Assembly: GCF_009914755.1 (NCBI RefSeq)
Contig: NC_060932.1
Length of the DNA stretch: 64,000 nt
Reading direction: 5' to 3' (one strand)
Source: the human T2T-CHM13v2.0 reference genome, Homo sapiens
The number at the start of each line of letters is the position of its first letter. Within the stretch, counting starts at the first letter, position 1. Below, piece by piece: positions 56,791-64,000 of this stretch. The notes beneath the pieces are model-generated. The model did no database searches, had not been told where the DNA came from, and saw nothing but the letters and a program-made list of their open reading frames with translations. The position numbers were made by a program, and so were the translations under genes.

Positions 56791-57231
56791 TAAAAGTTAG
56801 TTTTATATCTTTACCTGTCATCAAAGAATCAAGCATCTGTGGCTTGAGCTCTGTGATCTAGGTCAGAGCTTCTAACTGATGTGTGTTCCAATACTGCTTC
56901 CCATAAGTGGCTAGGGAGCCCTGGTCCAGAGGGATGACCCTTGACCAGCCCCATCCCTTTACCTTGCTGTGCCTTGTAAATGCTGTCATTTGTTCTGAGT
57001 GTCTTCATGTGAAAGCAGTTGTGAAACACTGGTTAAGCAACATTATTTTATAATCTCAAATGGGTTTACTATCCTTTGACTAACAAAGTTAATTTCAGAA
57101 CTAACAGGAGTGAAGAAAAGATATAGTTCAGGGTTAGTGTTGAGTGCAAGAGGGTCCCCTGTTAGACATTGCCATTTGCCACCCACTCTACAAATCCAGA
57201 AAGACACAAAGTCCTGGAGACTGAGTGTGAG

Positions 57232-57603
57232 TGCCAGAGATGGAATGTTTTTGTCGCCCCACCCCACCCCACATTTATAGGTTGAAGTCCTAACTCTCAA
57301 TGTGATAGTATTAGGAGGTGGAGCTTTGGGGAGGTGATTATATCAGGAGGGTAGAGCCCTCAGGAATGTGATTAGTGATCTTATAAAAGAGACCCCAAAT
57401 AGCTCCCTGGTCCCTTCTCATGTTAGAAACCAGTTAGAAGGAGCCATCTGTGAACCAGGAAGGGGCCCTCATAAGAACCTGAATCTGCTGATGTCTTGAT
57501 CTTGGACTTTGTAGCCTTGAAAACTGTGAGAAATAAATCTGTATTGTTGATAAGCCACTGAGTCTATGGTATTCTGCTACAGAAGCCTGAAAGCATTAAG
57601 ACA
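57232..57603 (+). mobile_element. MaLR LTR MLT1A0-like
   Basis: TG...CA termini, 'gtgatagtattaggaggtgg', 'aactgtgagaaataaa'; perfect 5-bp TSD gtgag. Confidence 0.88.
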
Positions 57604-57708
57604 GTGAGGACTCCATGCTGCATGTTCTTCAGGCAAGGTACCCACTCTTCTTGCATTGAATCACTGCTTCTTTTCTTTCTTCTACCATTTGGCAGCAATT
57701 CTCATTGC

Positions 57709-57711
<3 letters not shown>

Positions 57712-57765
<54 letters not shown>
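57712..57765. repeat. (TG)~27 microsatellite at the AluJ tail
   Basis: Direct reading. Confidence 0.97.
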
Positions 57766-57767
<2 letters not shown>

Positions 57768-58055
57768 TTTTTGGAGACAGGGTCTTCTTCTGTTGCTCAG
57801 GTTGGAATGCAATGTTGCAATCATAGCTCACTGCAGCCTTAAATGATCTGAAGTGATCTCTTCTCATTTCAGTCTCTCATGTAGTGGACAGTACAGGCAC
57901 ATGGCCACCGTGCCTGGCTAATTAAAAAACAATTTTTTTCAGATGGGGTCTCACTGTGTTGCCCAGGCTGCTCTTGAACTTCTGAGCTCCAGTGATCCTC
58001 CTGCCTCAACCTCTGGACTAGTGGGGATTACAGATGTGAGTGATTGTGCTTGGCT
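57766..58055 (-). mobile_element. AluJ
   Basis: 'gagacagggtct', 'atcatagctcactgcagcct', 'gtgatcctcctgcctc'. Confidence 0.88.
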
Positions 58056-58137
58056 GTCTTGTATTTTTAAAACATGTCATACGATGCTGCTTGTCTCTCC
58101 AATAGAACAGAGTCCACTCATCAAACGTATAGTCCTT

Positions 58138-58252
58138 CCAGGCACAGTGTCTATAATCTCAGATACTCAGCAGGCAGAAGTAGGAGGATTGCTTGAGCTG
58201 AGAAGTTCAAGACTAGCCTGGGCAACATAGTGAGACACTATCTCAAAAAAAA
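58138..58252 (+). mobile_element. FLAM (free left Alu monomer)
   Basis: 'ggaggattgcttgag..gcctgggcaacatagtgagac..tctcaaaaaaa'. Confidence 0.8.
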
Positions 58253-59409
58253 GTAGAGTCTCCAGGCCCATCTGATAAGAATTGAGAAGGTTTTTTATTA
58301 CTTATTCTGAAAAGAGGAATTGTACCACTTCAAGGAAAGCACATGTGCTAAACTTGTCTTTGACTTCAGCACCTGGAAAGATAGAGATTAGGCATCCTCC
58401 CTCTGCTGACCAACACCCAGCTCATATTTGGATGAGTTTTCCCTTGACACATCACTTCTTGCCTCCCAGGTTGCAGGCAGAGTGCACAGTGACAGGGTGG
58501 CAGGCGTTCAGGATGCTCCCACCCTCCCTGTTCTTTACAGTTGACTTGCCCTTTCTTGCCTGAGGTCTACCAGGAGATTCAGAGCTACAGCAGCAAACAG
58601 CACTCGTTGCTCTAGGAGCCTGAGGCACTACGCATCTGCTCCTGATGTAGACACTAGAACTGAGGGTTGTTGGGGGAAGCTGCCCGTGATTTAAGATGAT
58701 CTTATGGGCAATTTAGTTAAACCTGCTGTGCCACATTGTCTCAGGGCAGGAAGATGAATGTAATTTTTAGTGATTGAATCAGCTGGCATTCGAAAGAGCA
58801 GGAGCCAGAAAGAGTCACCTCCCTGGGAAACTTGATAGATGAAAAATGACCCAAAGATGTCCCCGGCTAAGTATTCAGCTTGATTGGCACAAGGTACTGA
58901 AAACCTCTCCATGTTTACAATAATTTACTTAAGATTTCTGCTAAAACTCCCTGCCATTTCCCCAGCAGAGGATGGGGTCTGGGTTTTATATGTTGCTATT
59001 TTTTACCCCCATGCTTTTCTTTGAATATAAATTATCAATTATTTGTAATAACACAAATATACAATTGTGGTTTAAAAATGCACAGTTGATTTTCAGTTGA
59101 CTTTTGAATATAGTTTTGTATTTACATATGAAAATGTGTTTCATGCTTTGAGAATTCATGTTTAGCAAAATAATGAAGCCCCACTGGGTAGCTCTCCTTC
59201 AGCAAGTGTTGGAAGGCTGCTCAGTTCCTGTCTAACTCCTTTCGTCGGCTCTTATTTATAATCCATGATGTACTGAGATTCAACAGTATCAACCTTTAGA
59301 CATTTTGGCTAGTAGGAGAAAGTTAAATATTTGCATTTCTACTTTTTCTTTTTTTGATGAAGTGAATGGAATTTGCAAACACTATAATGCAGCATACTAG
59401 GTGTCCTGA

Positions 59410-59630
59410 GCAGGCATGGCATTGCAGAAAGATCATAGGAATTGGTATCACAAGATATGGGTTTGAGTCCTGCTGCTTAATAATAGAGCCTTAGGCAAGC
59501 TATTTAGTCTCTCTAAGCATTAGACCTTCCTCATTAAGGGTTATCATTGCCAGTACCATGCTTATGCCATGGGATGGTTATGAAGATCAAATGAGATGGT
59601 AGATATGAAAGCATTTAGTAAACTGCAACG
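59410..59630 (+). mobile_element. MIR
   Basis: 'gggtttgagtcctg..ccttaggcaagctatttagtctctct', 'atgaagatcaaatgagat..tatgaaagca'. Confidence 0.7.
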
Positions 59631-60034
59631 TGTTCCTTTCAAGCAGTCTAGGGTTCTGGCACTAAACAAGCATCTTGGGTTGAGGAAGTGGTAATTGTCG
59701 CAGAGATTGAGTGTGAGAGTTTCTGTTTACAAAGAGAGAGACTACCTGAAATAATTGCAAATGAACTTTCAGTGGACTTTCAAAAATTTCTCTTCAAGCT
59801 GAAACAGTGTGAAAAGGAGGTATCAGAACAGATACCCTCATGCCAAAATGAAGAGAACCTATAATAGAGGCTCAAGCTGGCACTTGAGCCTCTGACATTA
59901 GCTGGTTGCAGATCTTGTCTTTTTCTTCCCTCTGTATCTCTCTGGGTGATCTCATTCAATCCCACGATGTTAAATGCCGTCTATATGCTTGAAGACGCTG
60001 AATGTTCTAGCTCCAAATTGGAACTTTCTCTGAG

Positions 60035-60830
60035 TTTAACGATATGAAATGGGGTCTGCTCACCTGGTGCAGTAATACCAGATATGCACACCGAAGATTG
60101 CAGTGGGAAAAATGGAAGGCATTTATTTTCAGGGTGCCAAGCAAGGAGGATCAAGCAGCTAATGCTTGAGTCCTGACCTCCCCAGTAGCTTACAGGTAAG
60201 TGTCTTTTAACAGCAGGAGTAAATTTCAGGAAAGCAGAAGTTACAGGCAAAATCGTAAATCAATACATCAAGGTTACACATTGGTTTCGCCCTAAAAGGG
60301 CAGGATATCTTGAAGTGGAGGCTTACAGACCGTAGTCAGATTCAAAGATTTTTTGAATTGCAATTGGTTAAGGAAGAGAAGCTTTATTTTAAAATTTGGG
60401 GTCAGCAGAAAAGAATGTTAGCTCTGGCTTGTGAGTGTAACTTCCTCCAGGCCCCTCAGGAAGACATTTAGAACACAGAATGATATGGTCAGAGTTCAGT
60501 TTCCAGTTCCCCCTTCTCTGATGTCCACATACCAGCAGAGCTGAAGTTGGTAGGAATGGAGATCTGAAGTTGGTGGGAATTGGGGTTTCTGAAAAACAAC
60601 TCAGAGACATACGTTGTGGGGTTATCTTTAGTTTCTATAGGAAACCAGCTAGCCCGTGATTCTAGCTTCATTGGCTATTGTTTTAAGCTACTATTTCTTG
60701 CTTATCAAGTTGTTTATTTACTTCTCAGAGCTAGCTAGGTGCCTGGAGTTTCCCTTGAAGGAACTCAAGATTTTCCTTTATTTCCATGCTTGGGGTCCCA
60801 CAGGTCCATAAGGGGAGGTCCTGACTCCTC
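60035..60830 (-). mobile_element. ERV1-class (MER4-group) solo LTR, ~0.8 kb
   Basis: 'gcatttattttcagggtgccaagcaagg' (antisense poly(A) signal), 'gggcaggatatcttgaagtgg..gcttacag', 'ttgcaattggttaagg'; interrupts the L2. Subfamily uncertain. Confidence 0.7.
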
Positions 60831-61029
60831 ATGACCTCCAAACATACATCCAATTAAATTTTCAACATTATCACATGGATGTATGATAGGCATTAGAAAA
60901 TTAACATGGCCTATACTGAGCTACTCTCTGCTCCTCAAATCTACTTCCCATCAAGGCTTATTTATCTTAACAGATGGCATTACCATTCACCCGCTGGTTC
61001 AGGCCCAAATTATGAGAAACATTCATGCT

Positions 61030-61290
61030 GGACTCTGCATGGAAGTCTGCCAAGTGTTCAAATCCCAGGTCTGCTGCTTATTAGCTTGGTGACTTTGGAT
61101 CAGTTACTTAATCTTTCTTTACTTCAGTTTCCTTAACTATAAATGGGCATAATCTATATCTCCATTTTTAATCTGTAAAGTGAGGATAATAATACTACCT
61201 ATTTCTTTGAAATTTTGTGAAGTTTAAATGTAAAGCACTCAATTTAGTGCCTAACACATCGTCAATTCTATGAGAGGCTTGTTGCTATTG
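61030..61290 (+). mobile_element. MIR
   Basis: 'gttcaaatccca..gtgactttgg..gttacttaatct..cagtttcctt..ctataaaatggg'. Confidence 0.75.
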
Positions 61291-61839
61291 TTATGATTTT
61301 CCCACAACACCTAGGTTTCACTAGCAAATGTTGTCAGCTCTGCTTCCAAAATATACTCTAAATTTGACCACTTCTCACTATTCCATTATCGCAGCCCCTG
61401 TCCAGACTGTAATTCCTTCTCTGTTGAAGTCCTGGATACTTCCTAACTTGTTGCCTGCTCCACTTACCCTCTGTTACTACAGAGCAGCCAGCATCTGGGC
61501 CCCTCACCAGGCCTGCTGGGCCACAGCCACTCAGGTCCTGCCTTCTTTCCCATCTTATGGCTTCTCTCTACCACATTCAGAATGAGCTAGCATGCCATGA
61601 TTGCTCCTGTGCACCAATTATTTCTCAACTCAGTTGTCACCCCTTCCAAGAGATCTTCCTGTGTCTCCACAGAGAAGCCCCCTCACCAGCCATTGCCTGC
61701 CATTGTTATTCCATCTGGGTTTATTCCTGGCTCTTAGCAGGATCTGAGTTCTAGCAATGGACAGGTCTAAGGCTTCCTGTTCGTCTCCCCATGAAATGTC
61801 AGATGAGAGCCTGTCTGTTTTGTTGCTATGTCCTGACAA

Positions 61840-62533
61840 TGTTAAAATTTACCTGATTTCTATGATCCTGAAGGACAGCAGAAGTTGAGAAATCCCTTTA
61901 CCCTTTGTGTCCTGGGAAACAGCTTACTTTAAAAGAACCATCCTTCCCCATCCTTATCTTTGATAAGATTAACAGATGACCTCCCTTGTTTACTTGTGAC
62001 AATGCCAGACACAAACCCTCCAAATTTTCTTTCTTTTTTTTTTTTTTTTCTGCCTCATAAATGCATAGCTGAACTGCTTTTCCCCACTGGCCAATCCCCA
62101 CTGATCAATTGGAACAAAATGCTTGTTAACCAGATTTGGTTAATATCCTTTTCTTCCCCCAGGCCAAAGAACTTTGGCTCACATTCTGCTTGAGCCAGCA
62201 GACAGCCCCAGAGACTAGGTTGGCCTCTGGGTAAAACATTCTTGGACCTATCATCCAATCATGCCACCCTTTCATCCTATTTCTCCACATCTATTTGGAT
62301 CCTGTTGAAATCCTCTTTCATCCTATTTCTCTACACATGTTTTTCCTAGCCTCTTTGCTCCTTCCTGTAAAAGAAAAGCCCTTTTTGCATAACCCTTGAG
62401 ATGATTACAGATCAGTGTTGTCCCTGTGGCAATAGCTTCACTCTCCCTATGCAATGGTTCTTTTCCCCTCTTCCAATAATCTTTTCAAATAAAGTCTCTC
62501 TTAATAAATCCAGATTTGTTTTTTTATTTGACA
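61840..62533 (+). mobile_element. ERV1-class solo LTR, ~0.7 kb
   Basis: TG...CA termini ('tgttaaaa'...'tatttgaca'), 'aataaagtctctc' at ~62488; interrupts the L2 3' end. Subfamily uncertain. Confidence 0.65.
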
Positions 62534-63752
62534 GTCCCCAGTGTCTAAAAGGTGCCTGGCTCATGATAGATAGCTAATGGATATTTGTTATGGACTAAAA
62601 ATAGATTGCTATTTGGGATTCTAGCCAAAATATTGTAGCTCTTTTTTGTCAACCCGTATGCCTGGTGAATCCCAATGCTTGTTGTTGAAATCCCAACACT
62701 GTGGAGCCACACAGAGGCAGTTTCACTTTGAACTGGCTGCAGGATGCAGAGACAGAATCTCAGGAGAGACAAGGCATTCAAGCCCAGAATGGGTGCCTGA
62801 TGGTAGAAATAAAATTGCCATTAACCTATTATCTCATTTCATTTTATTCACTTGCAGAAAGAAATGCATGTTCTGATCATCTGCAGATTTCAGTTTCCCT
62901 GTTACCCACTCAGTCCTTCACAGCATACCACCAGCAAGAAAGATAAGCGTAGTGTGGGGGCATGTCTTTGTATTTATGGAGACTAACTATCCATGTAATC
63001 AAAGGGTATTATTATTATTATTTTTTAAGTTTTTCATTTTTCAATTATGTATTTATAATTTTATAAATCTTGTATCTAAATTTGTGTTGTGTTCCTGGCT
63101 GTATTTAAAAATTAAGATGCACAGAAACAAAATAGAATAAAATAAGCCATAAATCCATTCTCCATCTCCAATACATACACACATCTATATCCGTCAACTA
63201 TTTTTAAAGTTTTCTTTGTTTTATATCAGTCACATTTAGCCTCTGTTTTTTGAGCATGGAGTATTTAGCCAACTATAATTTTATAGGGAAAATTATCTTC
63301 AGCCTTGAAAGATAGACCCATTCGTATTTCCCAAATCCTGCTTAAACAGCTGTGATTTAAAAAGCAAACAACTTTCCATACCAGTTCAGATTTTCCTCTT
63401 CTTGTGACTAATCTAAGCATCCTTCTCAACTGCAAATATATTAAATGATAATCATGACTGAGGTACATAGCTAATTTGGGTTTATTGCCTGTTTATATAT
63501 ATAACAAATGTAAGCTTCCGCAGTTAGCATGATTATGTTTCAAAACTCATAAAATAGGCTTTAATTTATTGTAACTATATTGTCATTTTGAGTTAATTTA
63601 TTTAAGAAAATTCAGCTCACTGCTATTAAGAAATCTTTTTCAAAGTCGAGCATGAAAAAGGCTATTAATTAACTCTTTATTGATGGATCGATCAGAGGAG
63701 GAGACTTTGCCATTCATGGGCCCTGCTGGATACTCAACACAATATAAAAGTC

Positions 63753-64000
63753 TTTTTTTTTTATTTTTATTATACTTTAAATTTTAGGGTACATGTGCAC
63801 ATTGTGCAGGTTAGTTACATATGTATACATGTGCCATGCTGGTGCACTGCACCCACTAACTCATCATCTAGCATTAGGTATATCTCCCAGTGCTATCCCA
63901 CCCCCCTCCCCCCACCCCACAACAGTCCCCGGAGTGTGATATTCCCCTTCCTGTGTCCATGTGATCTCATTGTTCAATTCCCACCTATGAGTGAGAATAT
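63753..64000 (-). mobile_element. Young LINE-1 3' end (L1PA2-like), continues beyond the window
   Basis: 'cacattgtgcaggttagttac', 'ccactaac', 'ctagcattaggtatatctccc', 'gtgatattcccc', 'gagaatat'; GAG rather than ACA/ACG at the Ta diagnostic site. Confidence 0.88.

Larger units (their letters stand above)
59920..62590 (+). mobile_element. L2 remnant fragmented by two LTRs and a MIR
   Basis: L2 motifs 'ggtgatctcattcaatccca..aaatgccgtctatatgct', 'tctgcttccaaaatata', and the 3' end 'gtccccagtgtcta..gtgcctggc..atatttgtt'. Confidence 0.6.

Noticed and set aside
62268-62340. Short direct repeats inside LTRs (tttcatcctatttctc twice; ctgaagttggt at 60541/60564)
   Set aside because: Ordinary small slippage duplications within repeats; no further structure.

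Overview
This is primate (great-ape, most likely human) genomic DNA, not prokaryotic. It contains no recognisable host protein-coding exon, RNA gene or CRISPR array. Well over half of the window is interspersed repeat: about 14 Alu/FLAM/FRAM SINEs, two long minus-strand primate LINE-1s (an L1PA8-like element at 14.9-20.4 kb and a full-length element at 44.7-50.8 kb), an L1PA15-like fragment, the 3' end of a young L1PA2 at the right edge, older L1M/L2/MIR remnants, MaLR LTRs (MLT1A/B/D/E, MST), a MER11 (HERV-K HML-8) solo LTR, two ERV1-type solo LTRs and small DNA-transposon fossils. Every ORF with a recognisable protein is a broken L1 ORF1/ORF2 piece; the others are Alu- or low-complexity-derived. 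The window reads as a large intron or intergenic region, and I see no evidence of a novel biological system. The most interesting structures are: (i) a full-length L1 whose 5'UTR/ORF1 look L1PA4-like but whose ORF2/3'UTR look L1PA7-like and which lacks a TSD (candidate L1-L1 recombinant); (ii) an inverted ORF2 fragment fused to the L1PA8 5'UTR; (iii) a triplication across an AluY tail junction; (iv) a CRE+MARE-containing candidate enhancer near 30 kb; and (v) a 27-bp minisatellite. Subfamily names come from recalled consensus features and need RepeatMasker/Dfam confirmation.
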